DNA of 58,401 nt, counting the filler, from Squatina squatina (taxonomy: Eukaryota): assembly GCA_031763465.1 (NCBI GenBank). It is 3 parts of 3 records of this genome, joined end to end, with 100 filler letters (N's around TTAATTAATTAA, not from the genome) between each part and the next. Parts side by side here need not be neighbours in the genome. Positions count along the whole stretch, not along the records: positions 1 to 24,755 come from JARFOE010000234.1; positions 24,856 to 45,706 come from JARFOE010000115.1; 1 more part is not named here. One strand, written 5' to 3'. The notes below the pieces were generated by a model. It did no database searches. It saw only the letters and a list, made by a program, of their open reading frames with translations, and was not told where the DNA came from. Position numbers and translations under genes: made by a program. This document shows positions 14,168 through 26,481 of the stretch, in pieces (position 1 is the stretch's first letter; every line of letters begins with the position of its first letter).

Positions 14168-14285
14168 GGTGGGCTGGGCAGCACAGTGGTTTGACAAACT
14201 CTCTTCTTTCAACCCCAAAAAACTTAGGTTCAACTCCAAACCAGACTGATGAGTTCAAAGTCTCCCGTTTGACAGCTATAATAGA
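14168..14285 (+). mobile_element. Degenerate tRNA-derived SINE head (LF-SINE-like)
   Basis: A-box-like gcacagtggt, B-box-like ggttcaactcc, then ccagactgatgagttcaaagtctc. Confidence 0.3.
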
Positions 14286-16719
14286 TTTAGCCTCCACGCC
14301 TTACATATAGATTTTCACTGTGCATTTAAATGGATGTTTGGCAGGCTTAAGGTTAAAGAACTTGAATGCCTCCCTCAAGTGTTTTTTTAAATATTACTGG
14401 AATATGATCTTGTCTCGATAGCTTGACCCCAGCCGGAGCACAGAAATACTTGANNNNNNNNNNCAAATTATACTGAGGTAACAGCAGACAAGCCCCATAT
14501 TTCTTATAAGTGGAGTGTATATAATGGGGATCCAGTGTAAACATGTTTACTGCATTCAGAAATGTGAATTGAAATGCTGATAGTGTTTCATTATATCCCT
14601 CACCACCACAAATGGATTTCACTTTACATTAACAATATGGAATTTCAAACTGATGTTACTACAAATGAGCTCAAACTCTATTCTGACGCTGAAGTGACCT
14701 GAATTCGGAAAGTTTGGGTAATTTGCATAAAATGATTTATGTCTCTTACATGGTTTAAAATAGAAATCAATTGCCTGGGATCATTTTTCATATGGCCTGA
14801 TAACAGTCTGTTTAGATTGGAAGATGAATATTTGTACAGATGGGAAAAGAAATCTTAGACTGGAATAAGCCCTTCCTATGACACCTGAGATAATTGAATC
14901 CTGTGCAGTAAGTTAAAATGTTTTTGTAATGGCAATTATCCCTTTAAACTTTATAACAAATGCAACATTTTCAACTCGCTATTGTGGAACTTGAGGACTA
15001 ATTCAGCACAGCACAGCTCCAGACTGGGAGTGAGGCAAAGAGTTGGGGTTGTAGCTCTATATATTTGATCTGCATTTCCTTAAAGATTTACATTATAAGT
15101 GTGGAATTAGCCCTTTTGATAACAATGAAATGTAAAGCACAAGTTTGTAAGCACATCTTAACGTGGGACAGCTGAAAGGAAATGTCCATTGTCTTACTTT
15201 AATTCTACCTTCTCCACTATTATTAGTTAGAAATTCCCTCCTAGCCGAATAAGCATTTTTGTTTGCTGACAGCCTGCTTAAGGCCTAACTTGTTAAGCCT
15301 GGACGACGGTTTGGTGATGTAAGCCCGAAGGCCTATTAATAAGCATCTTGCTTTGTAGTGCCACTAACATGAGGAGAAAATCTAATTTATCCTAGTTTTT
15401 GTTCTCTTCCTTTTCCCACCCCCATTAAACTATAATGGGGAGAAGAAAGATATGTCAGAATTTATTTGTAGCCCCTAGCCACAGTGTTAGTTGTATATTT
15501 TTAAAATATTTGTTCCTGGGATGTGGACGTCGCTGGCANNNNNNNNNNNNNNNNNNNNNNNNNNNNNNNNNNNNNNNNNNNNNNNNNNNNNNNNNNNNNN
15601 NNNNNNNNNNNNNNNNNNNNNNNNNNNNNNNNNNNNNNATTTTTAAATATTGCTGTTGAGTCTGTGGGTAGTTGCAGAGAAGTGTGGCTATCACTTGCCA
15701 TTAAGTCACAGGCTTTGGAATCATCTTGGATCTTCTCAACATTGACCGCAGCACTACTTTTGCATGCTGCTTATTTGATTCTGATCAGCAGTGACGTCTT
15801 TTTTTCCTGAGTTTGAAGTGCTTCTTTTTATTAACTGGGTAGGTATTGATTCCATCATGGAAATTGCTATTTTTGGTAGTCTTCCTTTTGTTAATGCAAA
15901 TTCTGCATGGTGACAAATGGAGGTGAGGTCTGCCATCCTTGTCCCCAAAGGTTTATCCCTTATGTAGAATCTACCAATCTCCCCTCATTTGGCCATATGC
16001 GTCTATGCACTTCAAATAAATTCATTATTTGGCAGGATGTTTGCTGGCACTTTAGAATCCCTGTGGGTCTCTGTATTTTCTCCCATCTGGTGCATTCCCG
16101 ACTTCTATCCTTTTTGCAGGAAAATAGATTTGGCAAATGGCAGTCGAGGAGAATTGAGACTTTTTCAAAGGTATTCCTCATGGGCGACTTTAGATTGGAT
16201 GGATCAATATCAGCTTCTGTATACAGGCTTTAATAAATTGTGTCAGCTGTGTGATTTAGCAATGCAATAATACGCAGGATAAACTCATTTCGCTAGCACC
16301 TATTTTACAAAATTAAAGTACATGAGAGGAAGTCCATATAAAGCATTAGATTGTATTGCAGTCCGTGATACGGGGCAGTGCCTGAGTCGATGATTTTCTA
16401 GTTTTCATGCTGGCGGTACAAATAGAGCAGGATTCTGATTTCTTTCTCCGTCTCAAGTAACAGTGCTCGGAGATTCTGCTGGAGTTTGGGGAAGGTGACA
16501 GCTGGTCTAACAGAGGCTGTTGACTCACCAGCTGAGTTCTCTGTTGGGTATGGTGCTGCAATTAGCTACAGCCTTCTTTTATTACCAAAGTATTTTACCT
16601 CGATTTCCGAAAATCACTTGTGTCAAGCACAGCTGAACTGTTTTCAATGGGATTGGGTTTCAATCATGTATTCCAAAATCAACTTGTCAAAGGTCAAAAA
16701 ATGAATTGTAGAAAAATTG

Positions 16720-16852
16720 AAAAAGGTTCCACAGACTGATTCATGGGATGGGGGGATTATCCTATGAAGAGAGATTTGAGTAGACTAGGCCTGTATTCTC
16801 TAGAGTTTAGAAGAATGAGAGGTGATCTCATTGAAACATATAAAATTCTTAC
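16720..16852 (+). mobile_element. CR1 RT C-terminal fragment
   Basis: LSRLGLYSLEFRRMRGDLIETYKIL. Confidence 0.9.
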
Positions 16853-18199
16853 NNNNNNNNNNNNNNNNNNNNNNNNNNNNNNNNNNNNNNNNNNNNNNNN
16901 NNNNNNNNNNNNNNNNNNNNNNNNNNNNNNNNNNNNNNNNNNNNNNNNNNNNCCTATGAAGAATATTTGCAGCTTCAAGGGCTGGTAAGTGACTTTGTTG
17001 CTTACTCATAGTACATTTCCAATTATACTATAGAATCTGAGATGTTTAAGCACAGAAAAAGTCTAATTTGTCACTGCTTGCGCCACACCATAGCTATCCA
17101 TTCTAGACCCATTTTCCTGCTTTTACCACTACTTTCTAATATTTTTGTTGTTCAGTTAGCTTTAATAGCCACTTGCGGTAATAATTTCCTGCCTGATCCT
17201 ATAATCTTATCTATCTCAGTTCTCACCAGATTTAGTTCTTGTATGAGACCTACCGCTTGCGCCCTCGACCCCTGACTACCCATTTAACCCCCTTACCCCA
17301 ATGCTCACCAACACCATCAATAGCTTTCTTTGTACAGTCACCATTCTCCCCTTCAAAACTGCTTTCATTCTGTGTCTGCGCTGCAAATCTCTTCAACTCC
17401 ACTAAGAATTTTACTATTTAGTATACATTTTACTCTGTTTATTTTTCCCAAACTGTACCACTTCACATTTATCTTTGTTGAACTGCACATGTGACATACA
17501 CTCCCCAAACCTGTCTTTGTCCTCCTGTCATCTGTTACATTCTTCCTAAAAAATTGCCATGCCCTCTAATGTGGTATCATTGCCAAGGGAGAACATGAGA
17601 GAATGTTTAAAAATCTTTTTCAAAAGAATTATCATTATACTGTACCTGTATGTTACTTTATAAACTATTATAAAGTATATTGATAAAAAGTATAATTGGA
17701 AAATACTTTTCCCAAGCTCGAATTATGTTTTTTGTTTCAAAATGTCTGGGTGTACAGAATGTAAGCAAATAAACTGCAAATGAAATTTCTAATGGGATTG
17801 GTTCAAACTGACTAATTCCTGAAAACAATCCTCAATCTTGTCTGAATCCTCGCAAGTGTATCAATGTCCTTTTGAAAGTAGGTTGCTGAATCAATGCTAA
17901 TCACTGTAATCAAGGTAACAAGTCAGATTGGCTTTTGGCCTTTGGACTGTGCAAACAACAGATTAAACCATAATCCTGATGACGTGCCCACATAAAATAA
18001 CGTTGGTCCAGCAACCCCTAGCAATTACATGTCAGAGTTGGCAGCCTTTTCTGATAAAATCAATGCTTATCTCAATTTGTTATTACCAAGTTTGGAGACT
18101 TGACTGGACTCTGCTATCTTTCTTTATTTGCTTTTATTGAACTGATGGCATATATGATTTGCCTCAGTAGAAACAAACAAAGCTAAGACTTTACTTCCT

Positions 18200-18570
18200 G
18201 CCATTATTAGCAATATAAGTACCAAAGAATCCATCTTGGACACGTGGAGGGAAACAATTAGCTCTTTAATTATTAATATAGGCACATATCTTGTATGTCG
18301 TGGCTCCTGTGTGTCAATCAGTGTTTAAATTGTGACTCTAAAATTCTTGTCAAGGTTCTGGCTATTTGCTTGAACAAATTAGTATCTAAATTTTCCCACG
18401 TTATTCAAAGCGACTTCATTTTTGTGAGGAATTCATTAAGTGATGTCCACAGGTTACAGGCATCAACCATCTTAAGCAGCAATGCAATGTGTCTTCTCTG
18501 GTGCCCTAGATATTGGAAAAAAACATTCAATAGGATTGAATGAAGCTTCCTCTGGTGAGTTTTGGAGGGA
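18200..18570 (+). mobile_element. L1/Tx1-clade RT fragment, heavily decayed
   Basis: LNCDSKILVKVLAICLNKLVSKFSHVIQSDFIFVRNSLSDVHRL...KKTFNRIE resembles LNxDxKILAKVLAxRL...HxDQxGF..GR...KAFDRVEW. Confidence 0.65.
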
Positions 18571-19934
18571 GAGAATGTGACTTTGAGGATGAAAATTATC
18601 TTAACAAAACACAGGTGAATACTTGTTTTGCTCCGCCATTAACAACCTACTAACAAAATCACATCTTCAGAAGTCACATATTGCAAAGCAAAAATCACAA
18701 AATGTAGTTAAAATTAATTAGAGAAACCAAGAATCTCTTACATTTCACTAAAAGAGGAAATTTGGCCTGAGTTTGTTGAGAGCAATACTCTAACAGCACT
18801 GACAGGGTATTTCTGTAATAGATTTCAAGTTTGTTTCACAAATCTGCTTATCTGTGCTGGTTAGTCACATCATTAAAGCAATGTCTGCAAGATGTAATGG
18901 AGCCAGCCAGACAGTGTGAGTGTGATACGTAAACATCAGTTGGCACAAAAAGAACCCCAGGGTGCTTGAGTGACCTCATCACTTCCACTGCATGTGTAAT
19001 TCCAGCAGACTCGCACTGTCTGGCTCAACAACTTATCTCACCAAGTTCCCACGATGCTGCCTGTGACACTCCAACTACAGCAAAATTCACGTAAAATAAT
19101 ATACAGAAAAGACAAACACCAAGGGATATTGAATTTACTTTTAAGTTATATTTTTGGCAGACTATTTGTTACGGATACTGACAGGCTCTTTCCCAACTGA
19201 AAGAGCTGTCCAAATATGGTAACGTCAGCTAAATAATTTTAAATATGTATTCAAAATGTTTGAAATATGTACACTCAAACATACATACATACACCTGCTG
19301 CACAGAAAGCTGTACAATTAAATATTTGTCCCTATGTATGTATATATATGTTCGATTGACAATCATTTCTTTATACAGAAAAGAAAACTAAGAGGATGGC
19401 AATATACTGCAGAGAGAAATGGAAGCTATTCTACATATCCTAAAAAATGAGTGTGAATGTGTAGTGATTTATCCAGATTCCAACTGTGATTAATGATAAA
19501 GGACATACTTTTTGTCAATAAACCAGATTAAAGAATTTCTCACTAAACTTCTATTAATTTGGCTGAGTGTAATAAACGCCGCTCTGTTCAGCAGCGATTA
19601 ACTTCTGGAAGGGGTCTGAAGGCAGGTGGTCGGCCCCTCACTAACATAGTCGAGAGGTCTAATGTTTGTTTTAATATGGGGTCTAACCTCTTTCAGGCTA
19701 ACTGCATGCAGGACATAGTTCCTTTTGCCCTAATTTTACACCTGGAAAACAGGAGAAACAAGATCCCCATGGTCTTTGATTTCAGCATTCATGCTTGGCT
19801 ACTTTCTGGCTTTATGGACAATTTTCAATCCCAATCCTTCAAAATGGCTTTTCTGCATCATCTCTCCCCTCCTGTCAATGGCAATGACAAATCAGATTCT
19901 TCGAATAATATCTCACCTTACAGATAATTACATA

Positions 19935-20012
19935 GTTGCAGGACTAGTAATCCAGAGGCTTGGACTATTGATCCAAAGACGTGAGTTCAAATCCCACCAC
20001 GGCAGCTGTGGA
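19935..20012 (+). mobile_element. tRNA-derived SINE head (same family as 46195-46610)
   Basis: ggactagtaatccagaggc...gagttcaaatcccaccacggcagctg with B box; truncated by gap. Confidence 0.7.
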
Positions 20013-20541
20013 NNNNNNNNNNNNNNNNNNNNNNNNNNNNNNNNNNNNNNNNNNNNNNNNNNNNNNNNNNNNNNNNNNNNNNNNNNNNNNNNNNNNNNNN
20101 NNNNNNNNNNNNATTTTTATGACTTAATCATTGTCTTGTATAGGTGTCAACTAACACCTGGAAATGTTAAAGGAAAGGGAAAGACTACTGACAGTAGTTT
20201 CACTTAATATTCTCTCTTTTTAAAAGAAGGTGGTATATTTTACCTGTTGTGAGATTCTGTTTTCCCATCATTTCAGATGTCAGCTCACATCATGAGTCAT
20301 TCCACTAACGTGGTGGCTTGTTTGAAGTGGCTCTATGCTGTTGATTTTTGGAGCACCCTTGAGATTGATCTGAATGTGCCCAAGCTGGAATATTTTCCTA
20401 CAGCTGCACGGTGCTTTACCATTGGCAATTTGTAAATATAGGTGAACATATTCCTTTTGAAGACTTTTTGTTTGGATGTAAATGGTTATGTGGTAGAAAA
20501 GGTGTTTCTGTTAGTAATGACCAGAATCTCCATCCCACTAG

Positions 20542-20681
20542 GGCCGTTCCATTGAATACATAGATCTGGTGAAACCTGCCTGTGGTGGTTTGGGATTCAG
20601 TGTAGTAGGACTTAAGAGTGAACATAAAGGAGAACTGGGGATCTTTGTCCAGGAAATCCAAGAGGGCAGTGTGTCAGCAAG
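20542..20681 (+). CDS. MPDZ: Multiple PDZ domain protein (MUPP1), internal exon encoding first half of PDZ1
   Basis: ccactag|GGC..., 140 nt, [46 protein letters not shown](R), donor AG|gtaag; matches recalled MPDZ [33 protein letters not shown]. Not in the ORF track. Confidence 0.92.
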
Positions 20682-20730
20682 GTAAGAACTTTTAAGAGAT
20701 TGCCTTCAACATTACAGGTGTTTTTCCCCA

Positions 20731-20993
20731 TGTAAATATCATAACTATTGACTTCTAGTTCTTAAAAATATGCTACTCATCCTTTGAAGCACTTTCATAG
20801 TTCTTAGTTGTAAAATTAAACATTCAGGAACCAAATTGATAGATCAGACTTAATGCAGCTAATGGTTAGTAGTGGGATGACAAGAATTACTAAAGAGGTG
20901 TGTGATATCTTGGGCACAGCATATACATAGAACTGCACAACTGTACTGCCCATGTGTTTTATACATCAGTAGTCACCAGGTGGCGCTATTACA
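20731..20993 (-). mobile_element. Putative 3' LTR of the adjacent Gypsy element
   Basis: Minus-strand polypurine tract taagggagaag directly followed by TGTAA; candidate distal end TTACA at 20731 (distal boundary uncertain). Confidence 0.5.
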
Positions 20994-21711
20994 CTTCTCC
21001 CTTATTGAAGAAGTTAATAATAGCAAATAATCAATTGTACATGACTTGCATGGTATACACAACTCTTGGTATACATTTCTCAAATGGAACCCATTTTATG
21101 TCTCCAAATTCTACTATAGAATTCTGTAACACAAATAAAAGATCTGTATTTTATTTACTGATTAAACTTAACCACTGGTTTTCTGTTTTGAAAAGGATAC
21201 CTTCTTTCTTGAACAGAGCTTTCAGATCTTGTTGTCGGACTTTGACTCATTCTATGCTGAGCCTGAGGAGAGTTTTTCTCAAAGGGCGGACCTTGATCTA
21301 CATTTGAACTCTCTACACTTTGAGACTGTTCGTCTGCCTGACTCAGACTCGGAGTTAAATTCTGACTTTCTCTTGGACTTGTTTCTGGTACGTCTGATGT
21401 AGGATTTTCTTCTGGTACTTGACTTGTAACAATACTTTCTGACTCATCAGAATAAATTGAATCATCCCAACTTTCAACTTCTGCCACATCTGTCGGTAAG
21501 ATATGATCAATGGGAACAAACGTAACCTTTCCATGATCAAACATCTTGACCAAATATGTGCGAGGCCACATATATTCACTACTCTTTCTGGTAACCACTT
21601 TAACCATTTATGGTGATGGTTCTTCATTCTAACGTTCTGGTTCAACTTCACACTTCTCTCTCTTACTCTACCTTCATCATGACTCTCTGCCTTGATTGTT
21701 TCGTTTCTACT
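20994..21711 (-). mobile_element. Gypsy LTR retrotransposon, integrase C-terminus and 3' UTR, in an MPDZ intron
   Basis: Frameshifted VRMKNHHHKWLKWLP.RVV / PRTYLVKMFDHGKVTFVPIDHIL ... ERRYPFQNRKPVVKF (GPY/F-like motif and RRYPxRxRKP terminus), followed by PPT. Confidence 0.8.
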
Positions 21712-21867
21712 NNNNNNNNNNNNNNNNNNNNNNNNNNNNNNNNNNNNNNNNNNNNNNNNNNNNNNNNNNNNNNNNNNNNNNNNNNNNNNNNNNNNNNNNN
21801 NNNNNNNNNNNATATAGTCTGCCTCATAGTCACAAATAATAATCTTATACTTTATTTGTGTTTAAAG

Positions 21868-22074
21868 GATGAACGACTTCAAAGTGGTGACCATATTCTG
21901 AAGATAGGCGACACAGACCTGCTTGGGATGGGTAGTGAGCAAGTGGCTCAGGTGCTGAGGCAGTGTGGGAATCGAGTCAAATTGGTGATCGCTAGAGGGG
22001 CTGTGGAAGACTCCTTGGCTGCTGCCCCTCCAGGACTTCCTCTTTTACCATCTGTACCTCCTGTAGCAGAAGAG
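21868..22074 (+). CDS. MPDZ: MPDZ internal exon encoding second half of PDZ2 plus linker
   Basis: tttaaag|GAT..., DERLQSGDHILKIGDTDLLGMGSEQVAQVLRQCGNRVKLVIARGAVE matches MPDZ rather than PATJ; 3' end taken at GAG|gcaagt (alternative GT donors after 22078 or 22083). Confidence 0.9.
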
Positions 22075-22639
22075 GCAAGTATGGTACCTGATTTTCCTCT
22101 GAACAAATAGAGAGCCATAAAAGCATTTTCTAATTAGTGGTCTTGTGGGGAAAAAAACATCAGGCTTTCAACTAGAATTGAATACATTGTCCTTAAATTC
22201 TGGACATGTTTAATTTAATTTTTTACAGAAGCCTTTGCATAAGCTACATTGGTTTAAAATCATTTTGGGTTTATAATGCATTTTGTGCAACGATGAAGAA
22301 GTTGGGGGCTGACCTATTGTGCACGCATCAGTATATATGTTCTGTAATATCTGAAGGCCAGAGATTGTGTACCTCATGTAAACTAATTACTTCAGAAATT
22401 GCTGACCATATTTTGTCACTATTTTTACTTTTTCCAGAACATCTTAACATACACCAATAGATTTGAAAATGATTTTGAAATTCCTTAGCCCACACCTTTT
22501 GCTAAAAGTAGCTGGAAGTTAATTTCCAGATATGTTGTAATTCCTACACTTACCAACTGTAGTGAGTTCCCAATCTCAGTCCTGCCGTTGGAGGTGAACC
22601 AGTTAAAGGCCAGATGTTTCCCTGCAGGAAGACCAGTTA

Positions 22640-22910
22640 GACCACAACAACAACATGCATTTCTATAGCACATTTAATGTAGCAAAACGTCCCAAGGTGC
22701 CTCACAGGAGAGTCATCAAACAAAATTTGACATTGAGCCATATAAGGAGATAGATGATCAAAAGCTTGGTCAAAGAGCTAGATTTTAAGGAGCATGTTAA
22801 AGGAGGAGAGAGAGAGAGGTAGAGAAGCGGAGAGGTTTAGGGGAGAAATTCCAGAGGTTAGAGCCTAGCCAACTGAAGGCATAGCCGTCAATAGTGGAGT
22901 GATTAAAATC
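22640..22910 (-). mobile_element. L2 LINE 3' end
   Basis: Minus strand IDGYAFSWLGSNLWNFSPKPLRFSTSLS plus tail ...tgctatagaaatgcatgttgttgttg. Confidence 0.8.
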
Positions 22911-23174
22911 CTGGCAACTGGCTATATTGATACTGACAAAAGGAAGATAATGTGTAGCCTGTGAATGCCTAGAAGAGCGGAAAATAAATAAAAACAATAC
23001 AGATAGCTGTAATTAAAAAAAAAAACACTGCTTATGCATTTAAAATTAGTGCATATTCGTAGAATGGGGGAGGTTTACTGTTTCACCATTATTATAAGTG
23101 GGGCGATTTTTGTCAACCAGACTCTGATTTAATAATTATAGCAAAATCATATTTTATTAGCAACATTCAAACTA

Positions 23175-23558
23175 CCGTAGATCCCAGAGTACAAGCCGAC
23201 CCCGAGTGGAAGCCGACCCCTGTCTTTAGAGGCAAAAAACATGGTTTTGGTATGTTACTGTTGTATAAGCCAACCCCCAGGTGCAGCGAGCAGACGGCCG
23301 TCTCGGGCAGTCGGCGTGCCGCTGCAGTCGGTGCTGCTCGGGAAGCGGGAGAAGTAGAAGGGCTCGAGGCACAGGCACTTGGCCTGCCGCTGCCGCTGCC
23401 GCTGGTGCTGCTCGCACGCCGCCTGCCGCCACTCGCTCAGGCCGCTTATCAGTTGAAATTTCTAGGTTCACTTTTGATAACCTTTGTGTAAGTCGACCCC
23501 CAAACTACGAGGCTAAAAATCAGGCCCAAATTCTTGGCTTGTACACCGGGATCTACGG
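23175..23558. mobile_element. Non-autonomous Tc1/mariner-superfamily (Tc2/pogo-like) MITE, 384 bp
   Basis: TIRs CCGTAGATCCCAGAGTACAAGCC / GGCTTGTACACCGGGATCTACGG (2 mismatches in 23), TA duplication both sides, four subterminal aagycracccc repeats. Confidence 0.9.
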
Positions 23559-23860
23559 TAGTATGTCTCAGTTGCTATTGCCAAATTACAATTAATTTGT
23601 CAAACAGTTTGATTAAATATAATTACGAGTGAAGTAGAAACTTGATAGTGAACCAGGTGTGATATTTTAAATATGGTTGATTTGAGCAGTCTGCAGCTGC
23701 ACATTCTTGCAGTCTAAAGTTTGCATTCCCAGGCAGTGTGCATTGGAGGTGAGCACATTTCTGTTCTCTGTTCTGTTCTCTGGAGGGAAGTGAGGCTAAA
23801 CTGGCTTAGGGGGGCTATGATTGGCCTGTAAATTAATACTGCACCCTTGAACGTTTTAAT

Positions 23861-24557
23861 GGCCCAGAAATTGCAGTCGGAGGCTTTTTCAGGTCAAATG
23901 CCTCCGACATGAAAAATATTTACGAATGTACCAGGTGGTCCGGGAGGTTCATCTACCTGGGCATCTATGCGAAGGCCTGTGTAGAGGCCCGTGTATCGCA
24001 AGGATGTAGGCGCATCACACATGCCCCGTGGGCTGACCCAACCAATCAAAGTAGGGGTGTTCTGTATATACAGAATCACCATAAGTATAAATGGGAATGC
24101 CCCCAAGAACAAACACACACACACTTAAAATAATTTTTTAAAAATGCATCACACATTTTAAATGAATCAAAATGGAATTTAATCATTTAAAGCAAAATTT
24201 TAACTTTGAAAAATAAATTTACATGTTTTAAAGGGTCTAAAACTAAACTTGCCTTATGTAACAGAATTCTAAATGTTTAAGTTATTGAAAAAAATGTATT
24301 TTTCTGTCCTTTTAAAAGTTCGTGCTGATAAAAGCAGGCTTTTATCAGTCGTAAGAATTTCACAGGCATTCACTGGCAGAAGTTGGACAAATAACACAGC
24401 TCTGTGCCCATGGAGGCCCTTTACTTCCGCATGCATGCGATCTGTCAAGTTCTGTGTTTAGGCGCATGCGTTTCGCATGTCTAAACCTGGAATTTGCGGG
24501 GCCCCTATGGGCGCATGCACACCTCGTACACGCCCGTAAGGGCTGCAAATTCGGGCC
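23861..24557. mobile_element. PIF/Harbinger-like MITE, ~700 bp
   Basis: TIRs ggcccagaaattgcag / ctgcaaattcgggcc, 3-bp duplication aat, GC-rich ends and AT-rich centre. Confidence 0.75.
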
Positions 24558-24755
24558 AATGATTAGAAAGTTGATGTTGCCAATATGATAAATAATATGC
24601 AGTAACCATCTCCCATAGCCTTTACTCTGAATAAATCCAATCAACTTGTATGAAACTGATTTTTAACCTATTTAGCACGAACCAGGAGAGACCTGATTTT
24701 TGTGGCATGCACTCTGCTGGTGAAGTGATGGGATGAGTCTGTGTTTTGAGAAACA

Positions 24756-24855
24756 NNNNNNNNNNNNNNNNNNNNNNNNNNNNNNNNNNNNNNNNNNNNT
24801 TAATTAATTAANNNNNNNNNNNNNNNNNNNNNNNNNNNNNNNNNNNNNNNNNNNN
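24756..24855. other. Artificial scaffold spacer N44-TTAATTAATTAA-N44
   Basis: 12-mer (24800-24811) with stops in all six frames centred in a 100-base spacer; identical construct at 45707-45806. Confidence 0.95.
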
Positions 24856-26423
24856 AAAAGGCAAGAATAAACTTGTTAAATAATGGCAATACTAAGTAGC
24901 CATTTGCTACGAATATCTGAATTGAGTTATTTATTAAGAGTTGTACAGAGCGCTGTATTGGTCAATGTCTATTAGACTCTATACAGGTCTTATACATTCA
25001 GGACTGCAAATTGCATATTTCAAGAACCATATCTTTTCAAACCATATTTTAAAACTTGCACTATAACAATTGTAGCCTTGTAACAATCGTTTTCAACAGC
25101 TTTCTCTGTTACCTATTCCAATTATCTTAAAACAATTCTGTACATTAGTATAACGTCATTGTTAGTTACATTGTAACGGCCAACTGCAGCTATAACGTAC
25201 TAAAAGTCTCACCGATACCTTTACTGTGTAATCATCATTTGTTTTCTGATGCAATCTGATGTAAATAAATTCTACTTCCTAAGTTCAAACGTGCATGTAG
25301 AAAATCAGAACTCCGAAAACATGTTATGGAGATTGGATTTTGATACAGTAATCATTGAAGAACCAAACAACGCTAACTTTAGATGCTATATAAGAACAAC
25401 ATTTTAGTTCCCACAGTATGACTTGGTTGCTCTTTTTTGTTATGGGCCGATAAAATATTGTATTGATTAAGATTCATTTGAATAAAATACAGTGAAAGGT
25501 TTTCAGAAGATTGAGTCTTTTTTATAAGCATCAAATTGTATTTGATTTTATTAAGCTGTTGAATCCGTATGTTAAACAATAATATGTTTGACAACAATAT
25601 CTTCCATCGTGCTTTGAGTAAGACAAACACTGAGGTTTTAATTCAGTTCCGTTTGATCGAAAGTAAATTTGGCTTCACAATTCCAAAATGCACCAAAGTT
25701 TTTCTGCCAGTATATGTTTCTGGGAAACTTACTCATGTGATGTACTTGCAGATAAAAATGATTTCGATATAGTACATGCATAATTTAACACCAGACTTTC
25801 ATCTGAGAATTGCAAAGCAGCTTAACATATTAATGCGGTACTTATTGTATGGGTTTTAATCTGTGTCCTTGTGAGCATAATGTTGCCTTGCTAAAATCAA
25901 CGAAGGAATAAACATCCGATATATATATATATAAACCTTGAATAATACTAATTACCTAGTATCAGTATCAGGAGAACATTTTTCTTGCAGATACTCATTT
26001 TATTTTACTCTGCTAATGAGCAGAACCTTATTGGATGGAGCTCATTGCTCAAACGTCAGGGCCATTATCGGTCTGGTATTAGATATCATGGAGTGTATCT
26101 AGTTCTTCTGGGATGGTAACCTATACTAGAAATGAAACCGGGCATAAAGAATCATTTCTCATGAACCAATAAAAATTAAGAAAAGTACGATCTAATATGT
26201 GTTCGGTTGTTTGCAGCATCTCACCACCGCCCCCCGAAGAGATTGCAATGCATCGTGTACGTAAGAGTCAGATAATTAAAATAAACGAGGTCAATCACAT
26301 TAATAATTAATAAGTCCGACGGGATATTGCATCGCATAGTTGTCAGTTTGAACAGTCTAACTCGTACATCTGAGATGCAGCTGCCAATCATTGCCATTAA
26401 ATTACTTCATTTTTGCCCTATAG

Positions 26424-26481
26424 GTATGGTTTCAGAACAGAAGAGCAAAATGTCGAAAGCAAGAGAATCAACTTCATAAAG
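26424..26481 (+). CDS. SHOX2: Short stature homeobox 2, exon encoding homeodomain helix 3
   Basis: ccctatag|GTATGG..., 58 nt, [19 protein letters not shown](G), donor AAG|gtatgt; PRD-class intron position before VWFQNRR; ENQLHK is SHOX2-type (SHOX has ENQMHK). Confidence 0.95.

Noticed and set aside
19559-19927. 122-aa ORF upstream of the MPDZ exon as an MPDZ L27/linker exon
   Set aside because: No similarity to the MPDZ N-terminus that I can recognise
23226-23595. Ala/Arg-rich ORFs
   Set aside because: Lie inside the GC-rich core of a MITE
24800-24811. TTAATTAATTAA palindrome as a homeodomain or recombination site (also 45751-45762)
   Set aside because: Centred in exactly 100-base N spacers twice; an artificial six-frame-stop linker, so MPDZ and SHOX2 are not shown to be neighbours
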